A stretch of 64,000 nucleotides of DNA from positions 10,292,001 to 10,356,000 of the forward strand of contig NC_090343.1 of the NCBI RefSeq assembly GCF_035084215.1, read 5' to 3'. This stretch comes from Heptranchias perlo. Its lineage: Eukaryota. Below are positions 13,264 to 24,765 of this stretch, one piece after another (within the stretch, counting starts at the first letter, position 1; each line of letters opens with the position of its first letter). The notes below the pieces were generated by a model that was not told the DNA's origin, did not search any database, and worked only from the letters and a program-made list of their open reading frames with translations. The position numbers and the translations under genes were made by a program.

Positions 13264-13430
13264 TGTAAAGAATCTTGCAACACCAGGTTATAGTCCAACA
13301 ATTTTATTTGAAAATCACAAGCTTTCGGAGGCTTTCTCCGATTTTCAAATAAAATTGTTGGACTATAACCTGGTGTTGTAAGATTCTTTACATTTGTCAA
13401 CCCCAGTCCATCACTGGCATCTCCACATCA
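13264..13430. mobile_element. Palindromic Penelope-like insertion no. 2 (hammerhead core deleted at the centre)
   Basis: Same arms as 7654-7855. TSD taacaagcaaa at 13253-13263 and 13431-13441. The paralogous site near 9550 is empty. Confidence 0.8.
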
Positions 13431-13509
13431 TAACAAGCAAAGGCAGAAAAACTTTCACCACATATATAAATCCCAGCAAGATTTTCACCTAGGTCTTAGA
13501 GGTGAAAGG

Positions 13510-13810
13510 ATGATGCACCTATGGGAACAAGTAGAGGTGGTTTAGCTGCAGATATAGTGCACCCATGGCCATGGGACCAAATAGACATGGTTTGGCTGAA
13601 GATATGGTGCACCCATGGCCATGGGACCAAGTAGACATAGTATGACTGCAGATATGGTGCACCCCATGGCCATGGGACCAAGTAGACATAGTATGACTGC
13701 AGATATGGTGCACCCCATGGCCATGGGACCAAGTAGACATGGTTTGGCTGCAGATATGGTGCACCTATGGGCATGGGAACAAGTAGAGGTGATTCAGCTG
13801 TAGATATGCC
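13510..13810. repeat. Minisatellite, 50-51-bp unit with internal palindrome cccatggccatggg
   Basis: About 5-6 units of gcagatatggtgcacc(c)catggccatgggaccaagtagacat... A shorter, more degenerate array is at the paralogous site about 9635-9780. Confidence 0.9.
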
Positions 13811-14404
13811 ACTTGTTGCAAGAAACTACTTTTTTCCAATCATTAAACAAGAATTAACTGGAACTGGGTAATGTAGTGGATTGTCCATTGTTCTTTCATC
13901 TCCATGACCTAAGTTTACATGCAGCCCAAACTGAAGTGATGTAAGTCTTCTCTGTTTCTGGAAGGGTCCTGTAAGAATATTGGAAATAGGGAAAAATTGA
14001 CATGTTTTTCTTAATGCTACTAACCATCATGCTCTGCAGGCTGTGCTGCGTATTTTGCTGAGTGTACGGCTTATTTTACTGAATTGTAAACTGTTAACCT
14101 TTGATGAGTGACTGACCCTTATTACCTTCATTTCGAAGCAAGGCAGCTATGTGGTAAAAAAGGAACAATGACCCAAAAAGCAGAACAATAATCCAAAGGT
14201 AGCGATAAGACCAGGACAATATCGAGATAGCTAGAGGAGTGCGGTCAAACAAACTAGCCACCTTGATAAACAACCTTTCAAAGGGTCTTGTGGTTAGATG
14301 AATAATGTTAAAACATGATGTGGAGATGTCGGTGATGGACTGGGGTGGACAAATGTAAGGAATCTTACAACACCAGGTTATAGTCCAACAGTTTTATTTG
14401 AAAA

Positions 14405-14441
14405 TCACAAGCTTTCGGAGCTTACCTCCTTCGTCAGGTGA
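14405..14441 (-). ncRNA. Minimal type I hammerhead ribozyme motif
   Basis: The reverse complement reads tcacCTGACGAaggaggtaagctccGAAAgcttgtga. Confidence 0.7.
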
Positions 14442-14972
14442 GTGAGTGAAAGGTTCTCAAATCGCATCGCATATATTAGGCTGGGAGACGATCACACCAA
14501 TCAAAGGTGTCGTTGGTGTTCAGACAGGTTAGCCACGGAAAACATTACATCCCAGTATATTGAATACACAATGGGTCAGGTTACAAAGCCAGAGAGAGAA
14601 AGAGACCCGAAAGGCAGAGAGAGAGAGAGAATGTCCAGTTGTATTAAAAACAGATAACTTTTTTTTCCTGCTGGTCGGGTTACGTGTAGCGTGACATGAA
14701 CCCAAGATCCCGGTTCATGTCATGCTACAAGTAACCCCACCAGCAGGAAAAAAAAGTTATCTGTTTTTAATACAACTAGACATTCTCTCTCTCTCTCTGC
14801 CTTTCGGGTCTCTTTCTCTCTCTGGCTTTGTAATCTGACCCATTGTGTATTCAGTATACTGGGATGTAATGTTTTCCGTGGCTAACCTGTCTGAACACCA
14901 ACGACACCTTTGATTGGTGTGATCGTCTCCCAGCCTAATATATGCGATGCGATTTGAGCACCTTTCACTCAC

Positions 14973-15009
14973 TCACCTGACGAAGGAGGTAAGCTCCGAA
15001 AGCTTGTGA
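14973..15009 (+). ncRNA. Minimal type I hammerhead ribozyme motif
   Basis: tcacCTGACGAaggaggtaagctccGAAAgcttgtga, identical to 7730-7766. Confidence 0.7.
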
Positions 15010-15114
15010 TTTTCAAATAAAACTGTTGGACTATAACCTGGTGTTGTAAGATTCCTTACAAATGTTAAAACAAGCTGACCATCTTGAATTCTTTGAGAAA
15101 CAACTTTGTCAATC

Positions 15115-15490
15115 CTGCAGCAGAGGCAGGAGCAGACCTGATCGGGGACCGGAGCGGAGCAGGTAAATAAAGAGCAAGGAGTGAAGGCCAAAGCTACTGG
15201 GAGCAGTGGAGGCATTTATATTCAGTATATATTCGGTCGGATCGAAAAAAAAATCAAGGAGCAAAGTCACAGGACAGCAGATAGGTGATAGGTGAGTATT
15301 ACAGCTTTTTTGCTCTCTAAATTAGGGCAGCGAGTTAAATTAAGAGCAGGGAGAATATAACTGCTATTACTTTATTAAATTAATAACTTAAACTAGATTA
15401 ACAAATTAATTAATAAAACTATAAATAATCGACTGAATAAAAACTATTTAAAAATGAATTAAATAAAACAAGGTTAGATAAAGATGGCTA
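15115..15490 (+). mobile_element. Probable CR1 5'UTR fragment
   Basis: Similar to 27640-28020 (gtcacaggacagcag...ggtgagta...tttgctctctaa...AT-rich tract), which is joined to a CR1 endonuclease. Ends at ...gataaagATGGC. Confidence 0.5.
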
Positions 15491-16205
15491 TGGGCTAACC
15501 TTCCAAGAGGAAACGCTGGTGGATGGGTTTTTGTTGTATAGTTTGCCCATCATAGTCTTTGGAAAAAAGGATTCTCCTCTGCTTCAATCTCCCCTATTCC
15601 CACCCCCCCCCAAAAAAGTCATGTGGCTAGCTCGAGAACATAAAATTTCATTTTGATGCAACAAAGCTCAATTATTTTATACAAAAAGTAGCATTCCATC
15701 CTTATAATGCAAAGCCAGTCAGAAGCAGAAAATAATGATATAGTGGTATCACAAAGTCCCTTTGGTAGGCTATGCCAATCCCCTCTATAGGATGGAAAGC
15801 GGAGGGAGAAAAAAAAATACAAGCCAACCTATATTAATCTGATGTGCCTCCTAAGACTGATTAAAGAAAACAGTAATTATATGTTAAGGACCTTGAAGTG
15901 TAAAGCAGCTCTTCAGGAAAACTTTGTGCAAACTCCTAAAAAGTCTTGAAGATTTTTCTGTGGCTACTGGAAAACATTAAAACAGATTATACAATGTCAA
16001 TTACTGATTCGAAAAAGTGGAATTAAAAAGCCAAAAGAAAGTCAAGATAGAAGCTTATAAGAATCAAAACTTGATATTACCCAGAGAGTGGCTAGAATGT
16101 GGAACATGCTATCACATGGAGTAGTTGAGGCAAATAGCGTAGCTGCATTTAAGAAGAAGCTAGATAAGTACATGAGGGAGAAAAGAATAGGATATGCAGA
16201 TAGGG

Positions 16206-16527
16206 TGTAAGATTATACCGTCACCTGTCCGATGGAGCAGGACTGAGGACAAGGAGTCCAAGAGGTCACCCCTGGCAGGGTAGAAGACATGTGAACCGAT
16301 CAGTGGATGAGGGAATCCCAGGCAGGGTGGGAAGTGCTTCCATCTAGACTCATGAGGCAGACACATCTCTACCCAGTGCGGAACGGGTGATGTGATCTCT
16401 TGTGCTGTGCTGTAAACTACTGCCCCAACATCATGTGTGTTGGTTCTTGTGTGAAATCTAATAAAGCACCTTTTTACTAAATTGGAGTCACGCCAACTAT
16501 CGGCAACAGGGAATAAAAATCCCTACA
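16206..16527 (+). mobile_element. Solo LTR (322 bp) inserted in a CR1 3' tail (about 16070-16632)
   Basis: Termini TGTAAGATT...AATCCCTACA, 4-bp TSD AGGG (16202-16205 and 16528-16531), internal AATAAA. The host CR1 tail gatagggttagatga is restored when the insert is removed. Confidence 0.8.
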
Positions 16528-16861
16528 AGGGTTAGATGAAATAGGGTGGGAGGAGGCTCGTGTGGCGCATAAACACCGGCACAGACCAGTTGGGTCGAAT
16601 GGCCTGTTTCTGTACTGTAAATTCTATGTAATCTTAAACATCAGCCAGACAGCTCTTGCAACCCATCCCAGTAAAAGATGCTAAACTTCAGTGCAGCCAC
16701 ATTGATAGCTCAAGTTCAATTTAAATTGCAACAGAAACTACGAAAAGCCATGGAAATCCAATATAATGGTTAATTAATTCCAAAGATGAATTTATCATTC
16801 ATGACATCTCTCTGTTTGTAATTGTGGTTACCTGGACAGCCACTTTGTTGGTTTGCAATCT

Positions 16862-17434
16862 TGTAAGGAGTTCTTGCTGCAATTATATAGGGTTCTGGTG
16901 AGACCACACCTGGAGTACTGTGTATAGTTTTGGTCTCCTTAGGAAGGATATACTTGCCTTAGAGGGGGTGCAACGAAGGTTCACTACATTGATTCTTGGG
17001 CTGAAAGGGTTGTCCTATGAGGAGAGATTGTGTAGAATGGGCCTATATTCTCTGGATTTTAGAAGAATGAGAGGTGATCTCATTGAAACGTATAAAATTC
17101 TTAGAGGGCTTGACAGGGTAGATGCTGAGGCTGTTTCCCCTGTTTGGAGAGTCTAAAACAAGGGGTCATAGTCTCAAGATAAGGGGTCGGTCATTTAATA
17201 CTGAGTTGAGGAAAAATGTCTTCACTCAGAGGGTTGGAAATCTTTGGAATTCTCTACCCTAGGGGGCAGTGGATGCTCTGTCATTGAGTATATTCAAGAC
17301 TGAGAATCAGGGGATACGCGGATCGGACAGGAAAGTGGAGTTAAGGTAGAAGATCAGCCATGATCTTATTGAATGCGCAGCAGGCTCGAGGGGCCGTATG
17401 GCCTACTCCTGCTCCTATTTCTTACATTCTTATG
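16862..17434 (+). mobile_element. CR1 LINE 3' fragment
   Basis: RPHLEYC...LEGVQRRFT...RRMRGDLIETYK motifs and an (ttcttatg)n-type tail. Confidence 0.9.
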
Positions 17435-17855
17435 TACTTGTTGCTGTTTTAGCAGCCCTGATTTTGCTTTATCACTTTGAGAAATCTGCAAAAGCAGCAA
17501 GTTTGAACTTTTCTTCCTAGATCCTTTTTCATTTCCCCTTTTTCAAATAATTCTGTAATCAGCAGTGTATAACCTGTTTTGATGTCTCTTTTGAACACTT
17601 GCCTACAGGTCTGTCCTCTTGCGCACAGAATGATCTGTGGCACATGAAAGGGGGAAAGGACAGAAAAAGACAAAATAAAAATGAAGAAAAAAAGAGCCCT
17701 TTTGAATCCACCCATCAGTAACTGTCCCAAAATTGATTAAAAAATTGAACTCACAAAAATAAATGTAATCACATAAATTCAAACTTTATTTTTTTACAGA
17801 TTTTGGTGAAGGCTTTGAAAATAAAAATTAAAACAGGAAAATTAAAACATTTTCA

Positions 17856-18334
17856 CTATCCAACCATTGACCTTTTCCTCCCTCTCTGTCTAACTTCATC
17901 AAGTTTTTTTATCACAGGGCCTGACTTTTTAGAAGTGATTGAGTAGCTCTTCAGGAAGACTTTGAACACGCTTTCTGTGTTGGGATGACTGCTCAGGAAA
18001 GCTTTCTCCAAAACATAAAGGTCGACTCCTTTATCTTCTGGCAGAGCAGAGATAAAACTCAGGCCAAAATCAATCAGTACCAAACTCAACTCTTTCTCAG
18101 GCTGCCGTATCAGCATGTTCGAGGTGGTGAGGTCCCCATGAATGACATCCTCATCATGCATTTTTGCCAGGATCTGCCCAATTCTTTCAGCCAAGGGAAA
18201 AAACTTTGCTGTATCCTTTGTAGACTTCTGAGTCAAAGCTATATGGTCACGGACAGTTACAGCCCCAACTAAATCTTCGAGGTAGATGCAATTTGCATTG
18301 TAGTCCACAAAATACACCACAGGAGTTGCAATAC
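17856..18334 (-). CDS. TP53RK: TP53-regulating kinase (Bud32/PRPK, KEOPS subunit), last coding exon
   Basis: [11 protein letters not shown]...[10 protein letters not shown]...IDFGLS...[19 protein letters not shown]...RGRKRSMVG* is the diagnostic Bud32/PRPK C-terminus. Acceptor ttttag at 18335-18340; phase matches the upstream exon. AATAAA on the minus strand at 17785-17790. Confidence 0.97.
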
Positions 18335-18389
18335 CTAAAAAAAATATAGAAAAATGGACTTCCTGCATATTTTATTTTATCACGATCAA

Positions 18390-18770
18390 TTTTCTTCCTT
18401 CTCATCTCCTAAAAGTTTTGACTCCTGTTGGAATACGGTTCGAGAGCTGTCGGCCGCCCTCTGCTACTGTGCCCAAGTGGCTAATGTAATTGAGTCCACG
18501 TAGCAAGTATTGGCAGGCTGTATGGGGTATCACAGCCGAGCCCAATATTGTCCCACCCAATACTTACGCTTACACACACTTTCCAGCATGAACCCTGGCT
18601 GATTTCCCCTTCCCTAGCCCAGCTGCAATAAAGTCAGTTGTTGTGCCCCTTCTGTGATCTCAGCTGAGATCAACTAACAGGGCACAGGCTAAGGATTGAA
18701 CTCAGCCAACCTTATTGTCTGTATAGCTCAATTATACACTACTCTTACAAACTGAGCCACTGTGGGAGCC
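18390..18770 (-). mobile_element. Old tRNA-derived SINE-like repeat
   Basis: Minus strand gtggctcagt...gttcaatccttagcctgtgc...gatctcagctg...gggaaatcagccaggg. Related pieces at about 25150-25260 and 58900-59035. Confidence 0.45.
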
Positions 18771-19137
18771 CTAGATTCATTTTATATAGAACCATGAGTT
18801 AGGATTTTAATTAGAAGAGATCCAAACTATATATAAAAAAAGCAGAATTGGACTGCTGTCAAAATAATAATGTTCTATTACAGCAGGATAGTAAGTATTA
18901 CCTCACATCATATCTACAAAGTATGATAAAAGACACCCAAGCCTCAAAATTACTGTTGGCAAATTAGCAGATGAAAATTTAATACTTTCGTATGACACTT
19001 CTTTGTTCACTATTAAATATAGGTGTTAACCAGTTTATTTAAATGGCTTAACACCTCTGCTAAAATAATAAAGGAACGTCATTCAAAGGTATTAAGCGTT
19101 TGTCCGCGAATATCGGCTACAGTAATTTTTAGATCCT

Positions 19138-20397
19138 AGGTAAATCGTGTTTAACTAACGTGATTGAGTTTTTTGATGAGGTAACAGAGGGGGTTGATAT
19201 GGGCAATGATTGTGGTGTATATTGACTTCTAAAAGGCGTTTGATAAAGTGTCACATAATAAGCTTGTCAGCAAAGTTGAAGCCCATGGAATAAAAGGGGC
19301 AGTGGCAGCATGGATACAAAATTGGCTAAGTGACAGGAAACAGAGAGTAGTGGTGAACAGTTGTTTTTCGGATTGGAGGAAGATATACAGTGGTGTTCCC
19401 CAGGGGTCGGTACTAGGACCACTGCTTTTATTGATATATATTAGTTACTTGGACTTGGGTGTACAGGGCAAAATTTGCAGATGACACAAAACTTGGAAGT
19501 GTAGTGAACAGTGAGGAGGATAGTGATAGACTTTGTAAAAGGACATAGACAGGCTGGGGCAATGGGTGGACACATGGCAGATGAAATTTAACGCAGAGAA
19601 GTGCGAAGTGATACATTTTGGTAGCAAGAATAAGGAGAGGCAATATGAACTAAAGGGTACAATTCTAAAGGGGGTGCAGGAACAGAGAGACCTGGAGGTA
19701 TATGTGCACAAATCGTTGAAGGTGGCAGGGCAGGTTGAGAAAGCAGTTAAGAAAGCATATGGGATCCTGGGCTTTCTAAATAGAGACGTAGAGTACAAAA
19801 GCAAGGAAATTATGATAAACCTTTATAAAACACTGGTTTGGCCATAACTGGAGTATTGTGTCCAATTCTGGGCACCGCACTTTAGGAGGATGTGAAGGCC
19901 TTAGAAAAGGTGCAGAAGAGATTTACTAGAATGATTCCAGGGATGAGGGACTTCAGTTACGTGGATAGACTGGAGAAGCTGGGGTTGTTCTTCTTAGAGC
20001 AGAGAAGGTTGAGAGGAGATTTGATAGAGGTGTTCAAAATCACGAGGGGTCTAGACAGGGTAGATGGGGAGAAACTGTTCCCATTGGCGGAAGGGTCAAG
20101 GACCAGAGGACATAGATTTAAGGTGATTGATAAAAGAACCAAAGGTGACATGCGGAAAAACTTTTTTACACAGCAAGCGGTTATGATCTGGAATGCACTG
20201 CCTGTGTGGGTGTTGAAGGCAGATTCAGTCGTGGCTTTCAAAAGGGAACTGGATAAGTACTTGAAGGGAAAAAATTTGCAGAGCTATGGGGAAAGAGCAG
20301 GGGAGTAGGACTAGCTGGACTGCTCTTGCAGAGAGCCGGCACGGGCTCGATGGGCTGAATGGCCTCCTTCTCTGCTGTAACCATTCTATGATTCTAG
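19138..20397 (+). mobile_element. CR1 LINE RT/3' fragment in TP53RK intron
   Basis: SGVPQGSVLGP, KFADDTK, WQMKFNAEKCEV and RRLRGDLIEVFK motifs; attctatgattcta tail. Confidence 0.93.
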
Positions 20398-20812
20398 AGA
20401 CAGAGGCTGAGATTTTCTGCTTTAGTGCTGCTCAACCTGTGATTTCCTGTCCATTAAAATGAATGGGTGGAAAATCATTACTGTAGCTTTACTCATCCAA
20501 TCTAAAATTGAATTCCCAAAAATGAAGAAACAAAAATCTGGATCTCAATTTCTAAATTTTCACTTGGGAGATAGAGCCAGCGCACTGAACTTGGGGCAAA
20601 AAAGACTAAGAAAAACACAAAAAATTCATAAATTATGGCTTTTAAAAAAAAAATCAAAACAACCGCAAATGCTAGAAATATAAAATTAAAACAGAAAAAT
20701 CTTCTGACATGGGGGTCTCCATTTGAAACGTTAACTGCTAGTTTCTTTTCAGATGCTGATGGGATTTCCAGCATTTAATTTGGGAGAAAAATCCATTACT
20801 ATAGTTACTCAC

Positions 20813-21062
20813 CAGCTTTCCTGCACCTGAGGATAGATCGCACTTCCTGAGCAGTTCTGCGATGTGTGAGTTTCTTGTCCAGAGCAGGATGTCGGTAAGA
20901 TTTTGGGAATCTCTCCTTCACAACGGTTGGCTTCCCAAGGAAATCGCCCCTGTAGATTTTGGCTTCGGCGCCTTGTTTGACCATCTGGAAATGCTGAAGG
21001 AAGCCTTGAACCCGGAGCCTCCCAAGTGTTTCCAGATCATCCTGCTGCGGAGTTTCTGCCAT
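20813..21062 (-). CDS. TP53RK: TP53RK first coding exon (exon probably begins at 21100 with 5'UTR)
   Basis: MAETPQQ...KQGAEAKIYRGDFLGKPTVVKERFPKSYRHPALDKKLTHRRTAQEVRSILRCRKAG. Donor G|GTGAGT at 20812; upstream acceptor ttgattgcag ending at 21101. The spliced product is about 242 aa. Confidence 0.95.
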
Positions 21063-21609
21063 TATTGTGTGGGAAACGAGAGACCAGCCCAAAGAGAAAT
21101 CTGCAATCAAAATGAGGCCACAGGAAAACAGTGAGTCAAAAATACAATAGAAGGTGCTGTGGTGTACTCTATCTCATCATGCTACAAAATGGTGGACCAA
21201 AGGTTTGCATCCAAAATTACTCACACAGCATATTCCCCAAATTTATGTATTTTAGGTGGATTTTTATGATCATCAGTTGAAGATGATAGGCAATAAACAT
21301 TCCCAAGTCAGATATAGCATATGTTAGGTGCAGAGTAAGGCCTGCTCTGGCCTGCCTGAATGCCAACCTCAAGAGTACCTCCTATTGTACCAGTGAGATT
21401 TTTTTTTGTCTGTTCCCATATCAAACATCTCCCCATAAAAAAAAATCTTGCCACTTGCCTGCAGCCAGAGCTCTTCTGCACCAGCTCATTGGAGAACACT
21501 TCATCTGAACAATCCCAGCATTAATATTCATGTACAAATATCTCACCCACTCCTTCCATGCTCAAATAAACCCCATCTGCCCAAAGACCAACAATGATAT
21601 TCATGGAAT

Positions 21610-22855
21610 TACGTAGAATCTATGGCACAGACACAGGTCATTCAGTCCAACTGGTCTATGCCGGTGTTGATACTCCACATGCGCCTCCTCCCACTCTGCT
21701 CTGATATCCCTGTTTCCTTATCCCTCATGTATGCATCAATGCTATCTGCTTTAACCACTCCATTTGGCAGCAAGTTCCACATTCTCACCACTCTATGTGA
21801 AGAAATTCCTCCTAAATTCTTTATCTGATCTGTTAATGGCTATCTTATATTTATACTTCCTTGTTCTACACTCATCCACAAGTGAAAACAGTTTTTTCAC
21901 ATTCACCCTATCAAACCCCTTCATAATTTTAAAAGATCTCTATCGGGTCGTCATTTAATCCTCTAGTTTCCAGAGAAAAGAGCCCCAGCCTGCTCAATCC
22001 TTCCTGATAGTTGCATTCTCACAATTCTGGTAACATCCTTGTAAATCTTTTCTGCACTTTCTTTGGTGCTTCAATGTCCTTTTTGTACTTTGGAGACCAG
22101 AACTGAACACAGTACTCCAAGTGTAGTCTAACCAAGGTTCTATATAAATATAACATTACTTTCCTGCTTTTGGATTATATTCCTCTAGAAATGAACTTTA
22201 GTATGCAGTTCAATAATCTATTATTTTTGTTGATTGTTGCTCTGGATTGGTTGGACATGTTGAGTGTCGAGTTTACTAAGACTCCTAGTCTCTCTCAACA
22301 TTGTTATTAGTTATTTCTACATTGTTCATGGAGTACATGCCACTTTTTTCCTTCCTATGTGCAGTACTTTACACTGGTTTGATTTCAATTTCATCTGTCA
22401 CTGTTCTGTCCACTTAAATATTTTGTCCAACTCATTCTGTAATTTCTGAGCTGCCTCCTCCAATTCCACTCCCCCTCCTAGTTGTGCATCATTTGCAAAT
22501 TTGACAAAATTTGCACCAAGTTTCTGAATCCAAGTCATCGATGTGAATTAGAAACAGGTATGGTCCCAACACCAAGATCTAGATCACCCCATTCAGTATT
22601 TCCCTCTTGCACTGACATACTTCTGAGAAGTATCTGTTGTTTTCTACTCTTGAGCCAATTTTTTATCCATTCCGAAGATTTAAGCTTGGTGACCCAGCTT
22701 TGAGTTTAACTAGTGACGTTGCGTGTAGAACTTTGCCCGGAAATCTAGATGCACCACATTGTGGGGTTTTCCAGAGTCCACTTCTGTAAAGAAGTAGAGG
22801 AAGTTGGTAAGGCAGATTCTTCTCCTTTCTAAACCCATGTTGTCTGCTGTTTAGG
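21610..22855 (-). mobile_element. Old, degenerate CR1 fragment
   Basis: Recognisable CR1 3' end (aagttccacattctcaccactct; acagtactccaagtgtagtctaaccaagg) with many mutations. Confidence 0.7.
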
Positions 22856-23167
22856 TTAGGGGCCTCACCCCTCCCGATCTCTACAACCTTCACCAGCCCT
22901 ACAACCCTCTGCGATCTCTGCACTCCTCCAATTCTGGCCGCTAGCGCATCTCTGATTTTCATCGTTCCACCATTGGCAGCTGTGCCTTCAGCTGCCTAGG
23001 CCCTAAGCTCTGGAACTCCCTCCCTAAACCTCTCCACCTCTCTCTCCTCCTTTAAGATGCTCCTTAAAACCTACGTCTTTGACTAAGCTTTTAGTCATCT
23101 GTCCCAATAACTCCTTATGTGGCTTGGTGTCAAATTTTGTCTGATAATGCTCCTGTGAAGCATCTTC

Positions 23168-24765
23168 ATAGAATCATAGGTTACAGCACGGAAGGAGGCC
23201 ATTCGGCCCATCGGGTCCACGCCAGCTCTATGCAAGAGCAATCCAGCTAGTCCCACTCCCCCGCTCTTTCCCCCTAGCCCTGCAAATTCTTTCCTTTCAA
23301 GTACTTATCCAATTCCCTTTTGAAGGCCATGAATTAATCTGCATCCACCACCCGCTCGGGCAGTGCATTCCAGATCCTAACCGCTTGCTGTGTAAAAAAG
23401 TTTTTCCGCATGTCACCTTTGGTTCTTTTATCAATCACCTTAAATCTATGTCCTCTGGTCCTTGACCATTCTGCCAGTGGGAACAGTTTCTCTCTATCTA
23501 CTCTGTCTGGACCCTTCATAATTTTGAATACCTCTATCAAATCTCCTTGCAACTGTCTCTGTTCCAAGGAGAACAACCCCAGCTTCTCCAGTCTATCCAC
23601 GTAACTGAAGTCCCTCATTCCTGGAATCATTCTAGTAAATCTCTTCTGCACCCTTTCTAAGGTCTTCACATCTTTCCTGAAGTGCGGTGCCCAAAACTGG
23701 ACACAATACTCCGACTGTGGCCGAACCAGTGTTGTCTAAAGGTTCATCAGGACTTCCATGCTTTTGTCCTCTATGCCTCTATTTATAAAGCCCAGGATCC
23801 TGTTTGCTTTTTTAACCATTTTCTCAACCTGCCCTGCCACCTTCAACGATTTGTGCATGTCTACCCCCAGATCTCTCAGTTCCTGTACCCCTTTTAGAGT
23901 TGTGCCCTCTAGTTTATATTGCCTCTCCTTGTTCCTCCTACCGAATTGTATCATTTCGCATTTTTCTGCATTAAAATTGATTTGCCACGTGTCCGCCTAT
24001 GCCACCAGCCTGTCTGTAACCTCTTGAAGTCTATCACTAAGCTCCTCACTACCCTTCCAAGTTTTGTGTCATCTGCAAATTTTGAAATTGTGCCCTGTAC
24101 ACCCAAGTCATTAATATATATCAAGAAAAGCAGTGGTCCCAGGGGAACACCACTGTACCCCTCCCTCCAGTCCGAAAAACAACCGTTCACCACTACTCTC
24201 TGTTTCCTGTCCCTTAGCCAATTCTGTATCCATGTTGCTACTGCCCCTTTTATTCCATGGGCCGCAATCTTGATGATTAGCTTACAGTGTGGCACTTTAT
24301 CAAACTCCTTTTGAAAGTCCATAAACACCATGTCAACCTCATTGCCCTCATCTACCCTCTCTGTTACCTCATCAAAAAACTCTATCAGGTTAGTTAAACA
24401 GGGATATGCCTTTAACAAATCCGTGCTGGCTTTCCCTAATCAATCCACCCTTGTCCAAGTGACTGTTAATTCTGTCCCGGATTATTGTTTCTAAAAGTTT
24501 CCCCACCACTGAGGTTAAACTGACTGGCCTATAGTTGCTGGGTTTATCCTTACACCCTTTTTTGAACAAGGGTGTAACATTTGCAATTCTCCAGTCCTCT
24601 GGCACCACCCCCGTATCTACGGATGTTTGGAAGATTATGGCCAGTACCTCCGCAATTTCCACCCTTACCTCCCTCAGTAACCTAGGATGCATCCCATCCG
24701 GACCGGGTGACTTATCTACTTTAAGTCCAGGTAGCCTTTCAAGTACCTCTATCAATTTTTAGCCC
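23168..24765 (-). mobile_element. CR1 LINE RT/3' fragment, same subfamily as 19138-20397 but inverted
   Basis: ORFs with KSPGPDGMHPRLL, NYRPVSLTSVVGK, KFADDTK and KRTKGDMRKNFFTQQAV (the last shared with the + copy); catagaatcatag tail. Confidence 0.93.

Larger units (their letters stand above)
14316..15060. mobile_element. Palindromic Penelope-like insertion no. 3 (about 349-bp arms, 9-nt loop)
   Basis: Arms 14354-14702 and 14712-15060 are near-perfect reverse complements, which gives the mirror ORFs 14442-14657(+) and 14757-14972(-). TSD aatgttaaaaca at 14304-14315 and 15061-15072. The paralogous site near 10455 is empty. Confidence 0.85.
12815..15110. repeat. Local segmental duplication, copy 2
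   Basis: See 9125-10497. Confidence 0.9.

Noticed and set aside
13496-13803. CRISPR array or repeat-protein gene
   Set aside because: The units are contiguous with no unique spacers, the context is eukaryotic and there are no cas genes. The ORFs result from the 51-bp period.
14442-14972. Pair of near-identical 71-aa genes on opposite strands
   Set aside because: They are mirror images produced by the palindrome, start at non-ATG codons and show no recognisable protein features.
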